The translations under genes and the position numbers were made by a program. From Zygophlyctis sp. KS116 (lineage: Eukaryota > Fungi > Chytridiomycota), in contig BAAFSQ010000100.1 in assembly GCA_054661495.1 (NCBI GenBank), positions 1,064-33,063 on the forward strand: a stretch of DNA of 32,000 nt. The letters are read 5' to 3'. The notes under the pieces are model-generated. The model saw only the letters and a list, made by a program, of their open reading frames with translations, was not told where the DNA came from and made no database searches. Below, one piece after another: positions 9,757 to 23,319 of the stretch; the first letter of the stretch is position 1; the number at the start of each line of letters is the position of its first letter.

Positions 9757-12250
9757 TTATTTAGCTACTAAACACCAAGTCTCTTCTAAAGGCCGGATAG
9801 TCTTGAAAACGCGGTTCATAATCCCAGTTATCCTTTTATGTGTATCAGCAGATGTAGACACGACACGGACACCTTTTCCATCTTCTCCGACATAAACATC
9901 TGCATTATAATCATCCCATTGGATCCTCCAATGTAATTCCTTCTTATTTTCAGACATTGCTTCCACATCATCTGAAAATCCTAGATATTTAACACCTTCA
10001 GAACCAAAATGATTTGACAAAAAAGTAGAAACATTCTTGATCCACATATCTCCTTCCAAAATTGTTTTGGTTGGAGCTTTTTCTTGAATGGATACTTTTT
10101 CGTCATCTTTACTCGATTCAAGTTCTGCTGATTCTTCACCAGTGTTTTTAACTTGAGATTTTAAATCAGAATTAATAATTTCTGTATCATCTTTAGTCTG
10201 ATCATTATGATCATGACTGTGATTATGAGAATGAGAAGATTTGGTGGCTTTGAATTATTAAATAAATCGTCATACCTTTAACACTTGCAGGAATGCTTTC
10301 AGATTGAATGATGATTGCCAGGACAGAATCAGCAATCATGTCATTGACAGCATCACCTTTCCATTCTAAAACTAAATAATCACCATCCTCAGAGGTCGAA
10401 ACAGTTACTGTGTCAAAAACTCTGAACGAACCATCCTCAAAATGTTCTAAAGTTCCATACATGTTTTCTAGATGCCATTTTATAATTCCAATTGGGGCTC
10501 TACAGAATATCTTTTGTTTTTGATTTAAATTTGTCACAACAAGATCTGTAAATTGAGGAAGATCGTCAGGATCCATTAATGCATATGTGTAATCCCGAGA
10601 AACTAAAACACCCTCCAACTGACTTTCATCGGTCAGAGTTTCCGCAGCAAGAGTTCCAACAGTCTATGATTACTCTAGCCGAATATTACCTTTGCTAATT
10701 TCTCACCCCTAAAGTACAATTCCACTGATTCACAATTACGTGGGGTAAATATATCAATTGCAACTTCGCGCTCAGCATATCTACTAGCAAGAGCTGCGCG
10801 TAGTCTATTCATTCCATGATGATCTCCATGGACCAATATTAAATTCGGTGCACCTAATTCCTCGATGAAAGCAGCATTCTCTTTAAAATCGACATGTGCA
10901 GAGAAAGAGATATATTGTATTGTTAAGCGTAAGGGGAGCTTTGTTCCTGACATTGAGACCACTTCATCCGGTTGACTCAAAATATCCTTTGATTTTATTT
11001 CAAATTTTTAATTTTACCTTTGCTAATGTACCTTCCACAACATATCCCGGAATCACGACACCATTGCGCTTATCTATGCACCATAATTCAAATAATTCTC
11101 TTGAAAGTCCACTCTATTTCGATTACTAATAAAAATCATACTTGTAACATCCCAGGACTTGCAAACATAACACAAGGCCCAACATCATCAAAATGCTGCA
11201 TACTTTTCAAATTTGAAATATGTTTAAATTTAAAAGGATTAGAAATCTTTGCTTGTTGTCTTATATGATCATTCATCATATTTGTATAAGTTTGATACAC
11301 TGTCATACATTTTTTTGCAAGCTAAGTGTAAAATAATCATATTAATTACTGAAGAAGCATAATAAATGGGAATATTATGCAATTCCGGATGTGCTTGCCA
11401 ATATTCATCCAAAATCAACAATAGTTCTTGAGCTCTCCCCAGAGCAAAAACTGGAAGTAAGCACCGCCCTCCCCTCGTAACAACTTCATGAACCATACTT
11501 GTAAACCTATGTTCTCTTTCTGGCCTTGGCTCATGAGACTGTACACCATAAGTTGACTCACAAATAAGAACCTCTGGAACAATTCCTGGCGGAGGCTCAG
11601 CAGCCATTAAATGTCTATCTTCTTCCCTAGAGTAATCACCAGTATATAATATCCTAATACCAGCAATTTCAAGTAAAAACATTGCTGCTCCCAATACATG
11701 CCCTATCTTATAAGTCTTAATTTTCATACCGGCATTAAATGCAGTAAACTTGATTCCTTCAACTTCTACTTCCTGATGATAATCAACGACTTCGATTTTC
11801 TCGTAAGAGTTTTCTAAATCTTTTTCATCGTATAGCTGATCATCTGTTGAAATTGATGAAATTTTAACGTAATCAGCCAGTAGCCATTTATAAATAGCTT
11901 TTGTAGGATGTGTCATGAATACTCTCCCTTTAAATGCAGTCTTTTCCATGAAAAACGGTAAACCAGCAGCATGATCAACATGGAAACTTTGATTAGAAAA
12001 ATAAAACTTACTGTGATATCAAAATCAAATCGATCGAAGAAGGATCGATCTCATCAAAAAATGGCAAAGCTGCAATTCCAGTATAAGCAGGATGAAGACC
12101 GCAGTCAAGTAAAATCGTCTTGGACTTATATTCAACAAGAATGCAACTGCGACCAACTTCCTGGCCTGCTCCCAATGGAGTGATCTTTAACATATCCGAC
12201 TCATTTCCAGCCGGTACAAGAGTAGGAGGGACAATTTTTCTTTTGCTCAT
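9757..12250 (-). CDS. YSH1: Pre-mRNA 3'-processing endonuclease Ysh1/CPSF73 (8 exons)
   Basis: [69 protein letters not shown]. Introns at 11987-12011, 11703-11729, 11322-11349, 11114-11141, 10987-11017, 10664-10689 and 10248-10275 each restore the frame or a motif. Confidence 0.95.
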
Positions 12251-12369
12251 TGAGATTTCAAGTTAAGACCTTGATCACAACAGCAAAAACTCACTTAACT
12301 AAAAATTAATCTCAACATTAATCAGACAAAGAGTACCATAACATTTAAAGTTTGATGAATTAAATAAAA

Positions 12370-14112
12370 CTATTGCTTCACTTGATTCAAAGCTCGACGT
12401 TTCAAGTATTTTGGTAATTTACCCTGATCATATAAAATATCGTGAGCATCCTTTCTTTTTCTATTTTTCTCTGGTAATAGAGATGAAGATTCAGAGTTAT
12501 TCCAATTTATAACTGGACATAAGTAAATTTTAACTTACCTGTTGTAGAAGAAAAATGTTGCATTAGCTCTGGAAGTGATGCTGGTAAAAGGCTTGACTTA
12601 GAAGAAGGCTTTTCATTTTCAGCATTATTCCGTTTTTTAGGTTTGCAAATGTCATGGCTAGAGTGATTTTTATCAAAAACCTTCCAAGAATTACTCGTCG
12701 AATTACAATTCACACCTTCTGCAAGTTTTTCCAAATTTTTAACAACTTGCTTTCCAGAATTGGCATTTTTTCCAGATTTCGAGACAATTGGCTCTGGCTC
12801 TTTAATCTTTTGAGCCTTAAAAATTATATCTGCTTTTTCTTGTTTTTGATGTTTTTCTGAACAAGAATTTTTAATGGGCTCAGACACTATAGAATTCTTA
12901 CCAGTCTTACTAGTAGATAAATTCTTGCTATTGCCATTTATAGGCGATAGTGGGGGTGTTGGGAACGTTTTAATGGCTTTTGCAACTGCTGCTTGAGAAT
13001 CCCCAAATTCCTTTTTAGAATAAATAAGCATGTAAGCTCTTTGAGACAACACTGTTGAAAGTGATACTTGCGACACATTTGAATCATCCATACAATACCA
13101 GACACCATTTGAATTTTTTACAAAACTATAATAGTGTCCAGAATTAGTGGTAAATCCTGCGTGTACAACAACTCCAACCAAATGGTACTTTTGATGTCTC
13201 TAGTTATATAAAAATAAGGGTGATTATACATTTTTATCCTTCATAAAAGGAGCCAAATCAAGTTCATGATCAAATGCAACATGATTATTCATCTTGGATC
13301 CAAAGTTATGCATGAAACCAAATCGTTTAAGCTGTATAATCAAAACTAGGGGCTCTTGCTGAATTTTCAATTGCTTTTGAGCTTCTACTTGTTTTTTACA
13401 TCTAATATTATGTCTTGTCAACATACCTCTCACAAAAATAACGATTTCCTCCCGACAAAAGTTCTTTTTTGGTATAAATAGAGAATGCAGTCTTTAAATT
13501 AGGACAGTTTTTAATGTCTAAAGCAATATCCAGAATAGGATCAACCTTTTTAGACTCAAAACTGCAAACCCTACATTTTACAGTACTTAAAATAGATCCA
13601 TTAAAGATTGTTTTAACATGACTTGATGAGTCTAGCTTCCTTCCCATACAATTTTTTTGCATAGACTCCAAAAGCCCCAATAAAAATTCATGTGCATCTT
13701 CTTGACGTCCCAGTTTCATTGATTTTGAGATGAATCTCAATTTACTCAAGATCGGTTTTGGCACAATTGATCCTTTTGCATTGTCCATTATTTTCAAATG
13801 TTCTTCCATTGCAAATAAAGTGCAAGTTGATTTTGATGCACACTCATGCCTAGATTTTATAACTGCCTGAGCCAAAGCAGGAATGTATGATAAGCATTGT
13901 AAAACAGAGTTTAAAAAACAAGTGTTGCCCATATTAACCAAACCAGGTCCGATAGTCTTAATCTTTTCCCAATCCAATTGCACACTTGTCTTTTGTGGCA
14001 CCGACAAAACATTGTTCGTTGGATGGCTAGACTGTCTTTCTCCCTTTGCCTGAACAAATTCAATTCTTGATTCTAATATATTGCCTTTTTTTGACAAATC
14101 TTGTAATAACAT
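12370..14112 (-). CDS. Ubiquitin-specific protease, USP36/USP42-like (4 exons)
   Basis: Cys box GLVNMGNTCFLNSVLQCL, GRQEDAHEFL, QLKRF, His box VVVHAG...SGHYYSFVK, WYCMDDS, AYMLIY, C-terminal YDQGK. Introns 13402-13426, 13200-13229, 12513-12538. Confidence 0.9.
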
Positions 14113-14274
14113 TGATCCAGAAAAGGAAATTTTCTTGTTTCACCTCGGCCTCAGACCTTTTGTTTCATGCGGATCAGTATCATTACTTTACGCTTTTTGA
14201 TAATGCATCCAACCAGAGCATAGCTAAAGCATTATCATACTTTAGAAATCAAAAAATGATCCATCTTCTTATTA

Positions 14275-15159
14275 ATGAGTTGTGAACACGTCATCAGCAC
14301 ATCATCTTTACACTGGATGGATAGTATCACAAATTCTTATCCAGCTCTAGAGACAAAACTAGCGATCGCAAAGAAGAATGCATTTAATGGATTGGGATGT
14401 ATAATAAGTCGGGATTGGATACAAGAGTTACAAAAGAATTTACTGATTCCTTCAGATTCTGCAGATCTAGAACAGTTTCTTACCGCCAATAAGCAGAATC
14501 TCACTAAAATATTCAAGATCCCAAGACCAAAACTCAAAAAAGATTCTGAAATCAAAATTAGATTAGACTCTATTCAAAAATACTTGGATTCTCTTGGTTA
14601 TTGTTACTTGCAATTAGCATTCTTTGATATTAAGAAGAAAACTTCTCTTAGATCATTAATGAGAACAGCACAAGAAATGTAATTGATTTATTTAAGAAAA
14701 AGAATTTCTTTCGGACTACCAATCAAATGCTTAGAAGCCCTTTTGGTAGGCGCATATCTATCATCATCAATTACAAATTTAGATAGAATCCCTTTAGCAT
14801 TCAAATCTGAATACAATAAATCTGAATATAGACATATTGTATTAGTATGCAAGTCTAATACTCATTGGGGTGCATTGGGACTATCAAGAAAACCAGATCT
14901 AATGTATAAACCGTTAATATTTCCTACATTGATGGATCTTATTAAAAGTTTTATTGATGCATATCATAAATATGGACACAAGGTGTTGAAAATTAAGATT
15001 GGATTACCAATAAGATCAGATCATGCATCTAATCAAGGGATTATATGGAAATTTACTAGTATAGATACAATGCTGGGTAATGTACATTTTACAAATTGGA
15101 ACTCATCTAGTGTATATCTAGAAATTGAAAATTATGTTAAAAAGGTTAGAATGATGTAA
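14275..15159 (+). CDS. VASH: Vasohibin family tubulinyl-Tyr carboxypeptidase (2 exons)
   Basis: LPIKCLEA (catalytic Cys), RIPLAFKS, YRHIVL (catalytic His), WGALGLSRKPDLMYKPL, YHKYGHKVLKIKIGLP. 24-nt intron at 14679-14702. Confidence 0.9.
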
Positions 15160-15282
15160 AATTAGCGATTGGAATTCTACAAATTTAAATAGTACTATAA
15201 TTGCATAGATCAAGTCAACAATTTCTAATGGTTTAATAAATTGCGATTTTACACGCTAATTTGCTGCAAAAACGCGAGGAAA

Positions 15283-16474
15283 ATGTTTCGAAGCAGGCGA
15301 CGAATTTCTACTATTTATGAGAATGAACTGGATTTTCAGCTCTACTACAGAAATACTAAAGATAGGAAATCACGGCACTTGTACTCCCATCCCCGCTCCC
15401 TTCAAGACCTTGGCGATCGGCCCCTTCGGTTGGTACCCGTACGGTTGGATTTGGAATGGGAAGGTTACAAAATTAAAGATTCTTTTACCTGGAACATGAA
15501 TGGTAATTTCAAGACTTGATTAGGTAGAAACTTGTTTAACCCCAGAGATGTTTGCACAGTTGTTGGCAGACGATTATGATTCTCCAATCGTTCATCAATT
15601 AATTCCAGATGTCATTGATCAGATAAGAAAACAAGTACTAGAGTATGGAATTGCAATGGAAGATGATCCAGTAGGAGATGGGACTACGCGGGTTTCTGAT
15701 GAAGAAGGAATAGAAAATCAAGATTTTAGAATTGTTATAAAGGTACTCTCAAACATCTAAATAATAGATTGATTTAATTTCTGGGAATTTAGGGCTAAAG
15801 GATCAATTTGAATGGCCATTGTTTTCTACTTTTCCTACACTTCCAGAGGATTTTGCAAGACAAATGACGAGTGAATTAGGGATTTCTTCAGAATTTGTGC
15901 CAATGATTGCACATTCTATAAGAGAACAAGTCGCGATTGCTAGACTAAATTTTGAAGAAGCAACTCCAGCTCCAATTATAAAGACTAGGCCATTAAGGAT
16001 GGATATTTTACAGGAATCTTGGGGTCCTGAATTGAGAATAATGACTGAAGAGGAATTGGAAAAGATTTTCAAAGAGCAAGAGCGAAGTTCACGGTATTAC
16101 TTAGTTTGACTAAATTTAGACGAATGAGAAGGCAAAGACTGTATGATAGACCAAGATCTCCGGCTCCCCCTCCTAATCCTGAAGCGGTTCTTCCTGAAAA
16201 CACACCTTTATTTGAACCAAATCTACAAGCAGTTTTTCCAAATATTATGAAATCAATATTGGCAGCAATTAATATTGATACTGCACAATCATCTCCTATA
16301 AATGATCAGATAGATTTACCTGATGGATTTCAACAGGGCTCTCCTTCTCCTCTCAATTCACCAACAGCAAATACTTTTCAATATTCAAAAACTCTTACAT
16401 CTCCCAAGAGAACCAAGATTGAAGACAATAGAAGTCTCTTGATTCATGATACACCTCCAGATGAATCATTTTAG
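15283..16474 (+). CDS. SNF5/SMARCB1/Sfh1 family chromatin-remodelling subunit (4 exons)
   Basis: LVPVRLDLE...KDSFTWNMNE, TPEMFAQLLADD, RIVIKIDL...LKDQFEW, PEDFA, EFVPMIAHSIREQ, ERSSRRMRR. Introns 15503-15527, 15743-15767, 16094-16119. Snf5 versus Sfh1 not resolved. Confidence 0.88.
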
Positions 16475-16583
16475 GAATGTTGATTGTACTAATTGATCTC
16501 TGGAATGTCTAATTACGACTCTAATTTTGATAATATGTAATTTATAAAAGGCTTCAATTATAAAGATTTGTAAAATTTTGTGG

Positions 16584-17814
16584 ATGAGTTGGATCACTAT
16601 TGCTACCGCCAATGTTGAATTTAAACTTGATCATTTTATGCAGGTTATGGATCTATGGATCAATGAACCAGAATCTGTCTCTAAACCAATATTAAGATCT
16701 GATATTGAATCTCTTGATTCTTCTCAAAATTCCAGAATTATCAAGAGGAAATTGATTCCGAGAAATCCAAGGGATCATTCGATTGAACAATTAGTCACAA
16801 TTACAAAATCCGACAATGATGCTAAAGTACTTCATTCAATACAAACTGATCAGAAACTTCCTAGTTATTATCCATCAGTCGTAGAGTTTGCATACATTTA
16901 TCATCAGGGATCAGTCAGCCTCCAAGTGCTTCCGATCAATGAATTAGATCCAAAAGCTGAAAAAGTGTTTCAATTCTTGTTTAAGAAACTCTTAAAGTTT
17001 GGAAATGGATTCTTAAATGGATATCAAAAGAGAGTTCATCATGATATTGTTATCGGAAAAGTACAGTATCAAGATCTTTATTCGATTTTAAAAGCAAAGT
17101 ATGGACATTGGGTGCATAAGTGGGTTGAAGTCACAGATCCGTCAAAGCATGTTTTTGAAGATATTGCTATAGCTACGTGGTTAATCTGTCTATGGAAAGA
17201 AGATAAAAGTCAGAGATTTGTTGATCTAGGATGTGGGAATGGCTTCTTAACATATGTACTTTCACAAGAAGGTTATATTGGTTATGGGGTAGATATGACT
17301 AAAAGAAAAATTTGGAACGATTTTCAAAATACAGATTTGAGAGGTATTTTTGTTGGTTTATTTAAACTTAGAGGAATCTATAAATCCAACTGATGCAAAG
17401 CTATCAAATGTAGATTGGATTATTGGAAATCATCCAGATGAGCTGACTTTATGGATTCCTATTATTGCTGCTCGCTCAAATTCAAAATTTGTCATTATTC
17501 CTTGTTGCTTTCACGATTTAAGTGGTAGGAAAGCTAGTGACTATGATAGCAAACTTGGTAGATATGAAAGTTATCTAGTAAAGGTGGAAAGCTTTTGTCG
17601 CAATTGCAATTTTGTTCCAGAACGGGAAGTCTTGAGGATACCTTCGACTAAAAATATTGCTATACTTTGTCGCCAAAGAATTGATCAAGATTGGCAAGTA
17701 GAAAATTTAGATCCGATATTTTCTGGAACTTGTTTTGTTCCTCGTAAATCAGACAAGGAAAAAAATCAGGTTCTTCAAGCTAAAAAGGCAGCAAAGCATT
17801 CTTCCATTATTTAA
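16584..17814 (+). CDS. TRM44: tRNA(Ser) Um44 2'-O-methyltransferase (2 exons)
   Basis: YQKRVHHD, TDPSKHVFEDIAIATWLICLW, FVDLGCGNG, RKIW, WIIGNHPDELTLWIP, IPCCFHDL, EVLRIPSTKN. 28-nt intron at 17344-17371. Confidence 0.9.
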
Positions 17815-17882
17815 AGTATTTAGTTTGGGTTATAAGTTTTAAAAAAAATCACAATCTTTATTAAATTATTCTAAACTTATGT

Positions 17883-18852
17883 TTACGCAATAATCACATC
17901 TTCTACAGACTCATTATCTTGAATAGTATTTAATCCAACAGAATTCGGTAAATCACTTTTTGCTTCTGTTTTTTCTGGTAAAATTTCTATTTGATCCTTA
18001 TCCGGACGAAATATCGAATTAAATCCTTCAAAAGATGTAGCTTTAACTGGCCAGTGAATTTTGTTTTGGATATCTGATATAATTGGTTGGAAACCTTCCT
18101 CCATTTTCTTTTTGGCTTGTTTAGCAGCCGGAAACAAAAAATATGCAATTGCTAAACCTCCAGTAAACAAGAATGGGAAAATCATTGCGTTATCCTTCAT
18201 CCCAGTATATGCAACTTGTCCAATTATTGCTCCAAAAAGGTAAGAAACCAGCAAAGGAACCAAAACTTTTAATCTCCATAATTCAGCATTTTCAGAATCC
18301 GTTCTACATGCTTGTCCGAGAATATTTCCAATATCTGAAAATTATTATATTGCTCATACCTGTAACTATTCCAGTCATATGTGTTGTCCTAACAGCAAAT
18401 CCACTAAAAGATGTAGCCAGAGCATTTTGTAACCCACAAGCAAATGCAGCGATCCATTCACCAATCACCAGCTCTGATTTGATAAAAATATAAGCTGCTA
18501 AAAGAGAAAATGATTCAAGCAGCAATGCATATCCATAACTCTGTCCCAAGCGGAACCTAGAATCTCCAACCATGAATCCAGCAACAAAACTTCCAAACAT
18601 GAATGCTCCTACAATAGATGCAACCAAAGCGAAAATCGTCAAGTCTTCATTGAAAATTGAGATTCCAATTCTAGTAATATTACCAGTGACATGGGAAACT
18701 GTTGCCGAATAAGCGCCTGCCATTGCACAAACATTTATATAAGCTGCATTAAAGCTAAGAACAGATCCACCAAGAACTATAGCATTAAATTCCTTTTTGG
18801 CCAGATTATTCATTATATTTAGTGGGACAGGCAAATGACGTTTTCGATTCAT
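17883..18852 (-). CDS. DUF1275/YoaK family membrane protein (2 exons)
   Basis: LSFNAAYIN, VSHVTGNIT, AFMFGSFVAG, FACGLQNA, VRTTHMTGIVTDIG (restored by a 25-nt intron at 18335-18359). Confidence 0.88.
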
Positions 18853-18999
18853 GCATGTGTTGTTAATGGCTGGTTGAATGCATTACGGATCAATGTTCAC
18901 TCGCTTTCACTGGTTACATAGACTAGAATGTAGTCTAGACTCTACCAGCCTCTCGGACTCGACTCGGGCTTATCACGTCGCGCGTGTAAATCCCTTGGA

Positions 19000-20683
19000 A
19001 TGAAATTATTGACAGTTGCCGTTACTTTGCTAGCAGCTATTGAGGCTACGCCGTTCTTGAAATATCAAAATGATCCTGCCGTATGGCCGATTAAAAGTGA
19101 ATCAAAGACGCCTGCTACTGCGATAATTCACAAGGAAAATAGTGATTGGAGTATCTACTCTCATGCTTCTTTTCCGGGATATTCAGTACGAGTAAGAAAT
19201 AAAGAATCAAAATTATGCGATAGCAGTGTCAAGCAGGTATATTATTATTATTACTGATTTATAGAAAGTTGGTTATTTGGATGCAGAAGGCAAACATTTC
19301 TTCTTTTGGTTTTTTGAATCGCGAGCCAATCCTCAAGATGATCCACTTATTTTATGGCTAAATGGAGGGCCTGGATGCTCTAGTTTAACTGGTCTCTTGA
19401 TGGAATTAGGACCTTGTAGGGTAAATCCTAAAGGAAACGGAACGACTTTCAATCCCTACTCTTGGAACACGGTATCTTGTCCAAAATAATTTTTTATAGA
19501 ATGCAAATGTTATTTTTCTAGATCAGCCAGTAGAAGTTGGATTTTCTTATGCTGATGATAAGAAATTTCCTACTAACTCAGTAGATGGTATGATATTTTT
19601 CAATTTTTAAAATTTAAGCTGCTAAAGATGTCTATGTTTTTCTACAAATCTTTCTGAATAAATGGTCTGAATTTGCAGATAATGACTTTCATGTAACTGG
19701 GGAATCTTATGCAGGACATTATATACCAGCAATAGGTAAAGAAATATCTGATGCCAATAAACGGCATAAACAGAATGCATTTATTATTCCAATTAAACTA
19801 ACTTCTTTGGCTATTGGAAATGGTTTGACAGATCCTTATAATCAGTATGGTTCTTATCCTGATATGGCCTGTGATGAAAAATGTAACCTTTCTAAAGTTT
19901 ATAAATAGATGGACCTTTCTTGGAAGAAGAACAGTGTGACAAAATGCGAAAACAGTTTCCTTCTTGTCAAAGACTTATTGGGTCTTGCTATGATAAGGGA
20001 TCTGTATTTTCCTGCGTGTAAACATTTTTATTTGATAGGAATAGGCCATCTGCAATGTACTGCAACAACGTTATGATCAGTCCTTTCCAAAAGACAGGAA
20101 GAAACGTGTATGATGTTAGAAAGACTTGTGATGTTTCCAAAAATCCATTGTGTTATGAAATTGCCAATGATATTGAAGCTTATTTGAATGATCCTGCTAT
20201 TCAAACAGAACTTGGTGTTGATAGAAAATATAAAGGATGTGATATGAATATCAACTTGAAGTTTTTACTTGCTGGTATATAATTCTATGGTAATAATTAG
20301 GCGATTGGATGAAGCCATATGTTCGGGACTTGCCTCCTCTTTTGCAAGAAGGAGTAAGGGTTCTCATATATGCTGGTATTAATAATGATGAATAATCAAT
20401 AGGTGATGCTGACTATATTTGCAACTGGAAAGGTAACAAAAAATGGGTGCATGAATTGGAATGGAAATACAAGAAAAACTTCAATTCGGCAAATGATACC
20501 GCGTGGGTTTCCGAAATAACAGGAAGACCACTCGGAGAACTGAAGTCATACAAAAACTTTGCGTTTCTCAGAGTATTTGAAGCAGGTCATATGGTTCCAT
20601 ACGACCAGGTAATCAATCTTGTTGACTAATTATAGCCTGAACACGCAAATGAATTTATAAACTGGTGGCTCAAAAAGCAATAA
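19000..20683 (+). CDS. PRC1: Serine carboxypeptidase S10, carboxypeptidase Y-like (9 exons)
   Basis: Signal peptide, [68 protein letters not shown]. Introns 19237-19264, 19472-19499, 19588-19618, 19883-19908, 20018-20044, 20275-20300, 20376-20402, 20609-20635. Confidence 0.92.
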
Positions 20684-20736
20684 ACCGGGAATAAATAGAA
20701 AATAAATACCGATATTCGCAGTAAATCTTTAATGTT

Positions 20737-22171
20737 CTAATGAATCCCTTGTCCTCTTGTTTCTAATGGTAAAAATATCATGAGACATCCAACAATAACT
20801 AAAATTGTTGATGAAACATGCAAAGTAATGTATAAATTTTCTTCGATCAATCGCCCAGAGATAACTGGAGCAATTGCTCCACCAATACGTCCAAGGGAAG
20901 AAGAAAGTCCAAAGCCAATCGTTCTTAATGCTGTCGGATAAACCTCAGTAGTGTACGTATAGAGCGTGCCCCACATGCAGTTTCCCAAGAATTGAAAGAT
21001 ACATGACACAATCCACTGACTACGAGAGGAAGAATCAAGGGTAAATAGATATAAGCAGCACGATGATCCTAGAGTTGATAAGCATAGTACCCATTTTCTT
21101 CCCAACCTGGAATCAACAAGAAAAGAAATCAAAATCGTCCCTGGTATTCCGCCTAATTTTTATTTATAACAGTCATACAGAGAGATACAATTAAATAATG
21201 CCAGTAAGTTTCATCTACACTAAGCTTTGCTCCGTTTTTGAGAAAAACAGTCAAAAAGCTACCAAACATCCCGAAACCAATTGAAGTTCCCATCCATATA
21301 AGAGATAGCAAGATTGCAGTTCTAACCAAGGATAGATTCCATTCTTTTGAATTCCAAAAATCAAGCCAATTATTATCAGTTGAATAATCTTCAAGATCAT
21401 CATCAAAATCATCCACTTCTAAATTGATCATTTTACCATTTTGTACTCCCATCTGAGTTAAAACATGAACTGTATCTTGTATTCTTCCTTTTGAAAGCAA
21501 CCATCTTGGAGTTTCATGTAATTTAAACATGATTCGGACCAGTAAAGAAAGCAATGAAAACGTGCTAACTGCAAACAACAAATATCGCCAACCTCCACAA
21601 TCAGCACTTGATAAACATTCATATTTAGGAATAATCATCCAAGCCAGCCAAGTACCAAAAGCTCCTGCAAAAGACCAAAATATCTAAATTTAATATTTTT
21701 CAAAATTACCGTAAGTAGCACTAGTAAATACTGATATTTTGAAGCAATTGATTCAATAAAGAGACTTGAGTCAACAGGAACATTTCCTCCCACTCCAATA
21801 CCAATAAATACAAAACAAACACAAATTATAGCAAACGAGTTACTTAATGCACTCAATATTCCAAATATTGGTGGTAGAACAAAGCTCAGATAGAAGCAAG
21901 GGACTCTGCCGACCCTGTTAGCCAGCAGTCCAAAGCCGATTGATCCAAAGATCATCCCAGAGACAATGCATGATGCAACTGCAGAAACCTTACTAGGAGC
22001 CAGACTAAACTCTACTGATAATGGGATTAAAATGGAAGATGGAATAGAAAACCATAATGAATCAGCCATATAACCCAATCCACATGTTATAAACAGAAAG
22101 ATTTGATAATATCCAAAACCAATGTCTTGTAATGTCTGATCTACCAAATCATCTGTGGACATTTCACTCAT
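20737..22171 (-). CDS. MFS transporter, SV2/SVOP-like (3 exons)
   Basis: IGFGYYQ, LANRVGR, GIGVGGNVPVDSSLFIE, GWRYLL, HETPRWLLSKGR, LGRKW, YTTEVYPTALRTIG, LPLETRG. Introns 21684-21709 and 21153-21178. Confidence 0.9.
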
Positions 22172-22546
22172 AAGGGCTGACGGTGAATTATACGCTAATT
22201 AAATCTTAATAATATAAGATGAAGATCTAAAGGATCTCAAACAAGATAAGAGGGATTGTATTGAAATCATCAAACAATCGGCAAAAGAAGAACCGGAATT
22301 ATACTCTGGGACTTTTAATGATTCAGATGATAACTGGACCCCAAGTGTAATAGGAATAGATACTACTTACAGAGATTGGGCTACTTTTCATTCGGATGAC
22401 TCTAACAATCACTCTAACAATTCAAACAGTCTTTGCTTGTGTTGAAGCAAATGCCCCCGATCTGCAATCTCAATCGCAGATCAGGGATCTTATAGTATTT
22501 TATAAAGTGATTAATTCCTAATAAGACTTACTTAAAAAAATTGAAA

Positions 22547-23120
22547 ATGTTGTTTTTCATCTTCTACATTTCTCTAGTGTCTTCATTATATGGTAATAGT
22601 TTTTATTTTATAATGAATAGTTCGGCAATTAGAAACAAGTTCGCCTCTTCCGCCAGTTGATCCGCCAGTTACAGACCCATCGGTTTCACCAACTGTTACC
22701 ACAACGACAACAAGTACTACTACTACATCTCCTCCACCTCCAACAACAACAACAACGATCCCCCCAACAATCACTTCAACAACCAATACTCCTTCAAGTA
22801 CGACCATAACTTCCACCTTAACTAATCCGACCACTTCAAGTACTAGCACCAATATTCAATCACCAATTGTGACTCCATCTGGAACTGGTTCAACTTATAC
22901 TTTAACTAGCATCAGTACGAATAAGCCAAACGCCACTTCAACCAATAGTCCTGAATCTGTTGAATCATCAGGCTCTTCTTCGAGTAATAAAGGTGGGATA
23001 ATAGCTGGTGTTGTAGTGGGAGTTTGTGTTCTTTTATCATTAATCTTATTGGCAGGTCTCAAATTCTGGAAGCCAAAAGGAATGTTGAAGGAGCGATTTG
23101 AATCTTCAAGGGAGTTTTAA
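22547..23120 (+). CDS. Mucin-like Ser/Thr/Pro-rich type I membrane protein, copy A
   Basis: ATG 22547, signal peptide MLFFIFYISLVSS, 28-nt intron at 22593-22620, Thr/Ser-rich ectodomain, TM helix GGIIAGVVVGVCVLLSLILLAGL, short basic tail. Confidence 0.8.
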
Positions 23121-23319
23121 TCTGATTTTTAAAAAAATAATACATGATCAATTATTATTGAATAAGATGGAAAACTGGAAAATAATATTTTACCTACTAT
23201 AGTAATTGTAATAAATTAGACTATTATTCTGGATTCATAAAGCGGCACAACACTGTCACGGGGTATCGCCGCAATCTTTATATATCTTTTTCATTTCTAA
23301 AAATAGTATAAGAAATAAT

